From positions 49,083,847 through 49,147,846 of the forward strand of contig CP154954.1 of assembly GCA_039621445.1 (NCBI GenBank): DNA of 64,000 bases, read 5' to 3'. Shown here one piece after another: positions 63,119 to 64,000 of this stretch. Source of the stretch: Euglena gracilis. Lineage: Eukaryota. Under the pieces are notes generated by a model. It did not search any database and had not been told where the DNA came from. It was given only the letters and a program-made list of their open reading frames with translations. Positions within the stretch are counted from its first letter, which is position 1, and the number at the start of each line of letters is the position of its first letter. A program made the position numbers and the translations under genes.

Positions 63119-64000
63119 CTGCAATGACAGGGTATGGAGGTGGTCAGTCAATGGAATTTGGGTGTCAAGATCTGGGTCTTGGGGCTCTCTTGCAAAAGAG
63201 CTATACCCTGAGATGCTCCTCTCACCTTTGCCGGACCATCGGCAAACTTCGGGAAACCCTGCAATACTTGGGGAATAACTTCCCCGGCACACATATTGTT
63301 CCACCACCAAAAAAAATATATACATCATGTTTCAACCCGAAAAAAAACATTTGGCGGAGATCTGCCACATCTACTTGTGAATTTAAAAAAAATGAACATC
63401 AGAAATAGTAAACTCACCCCTGCAGAAAGCACACAGTTACAAGGTTTTGCAGATAGTCCCAGGAACTTTTCATCAATGCGACCTTGTCTTTTGATGTGTT
63501 CCAGGTAGGGTCATTTGAAAGTCCACCCAAACATTTTTTTGGAACTCCCACCCACAACCAGGCTTCCGGGGGGGGGGGGGGGGGATGCTATGGCTATGGG
63601 TTCCTGCTATGGGCCAGCCCATAGCAGGAACACCCCCCGGGGGAGGAGGGGTTCAGTTTGGACCTGGGTGCCTGTCGACTGAGCCAATTTCACTTGAAAA
63701 TGGTCATTTTTGGGCCCCAGCACCTTTGGTGCACAGGGTGTGCTAGAGCAAGAGCACGACCCCCCCCCCCAATTCTTGACCCCCACCCCACCCCAGATCA
63801 AAAGTTCCCAACCTGCCTGCCTGCCCATAGCACCCCCCTGGCCTGCGCACAACTCTCCGGGGGGAGGGGGGGGGGTGTCCAAAAGAACACAGACGCAAAC
63901 ACCCACCCACCCACCCACCCACCCAGGGGTGGGGAGGGGTGCAGGAGGTCCAAACCCACCCACCTTCGTGGAAACCCTCCCCCCCCACCCTTGGGGTGGA

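Overview
Repeat-rich eukaryotic DNA, most likely from a euglenid (Euglena-like), because GT-AG introns co-occur with non-canonical stem-ended introns. The minus strand carries four tandem paralogous genes for a two-finger CCCH zinc-finger protein: A 44063-50391, B 32604-39263 (probably decaying), C 11859-25581 and D 1173-7135. Part of an unrelated multi-exon gene lies at about 60.2-63.1 kb. Main observation: the paralogs differ in intron positions, and most paralog-specific introns are intact non-autonomous DNA transposons with CA..TG terminal inverted repeats (TIRs) and 8-bp target-site duplications (TSDs). The empty site is visible in a sister paralog. Removing the element plus 3 nt on one side and 5 nt on the other (one TSD) restores the reading frame and matches the euglenid nonconventional-intron geometry (CAG at +4, CTG ending at -6). 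Several unrelated hAT-like MITE families therefore appear to act as introners. Decayed hAT/CGGBP-type transposase fragments sit in elements with the same CAGGG ends. Splice junctions are inferred by eye from paralog comparison, without RNA data, and several exon edges are approximate.
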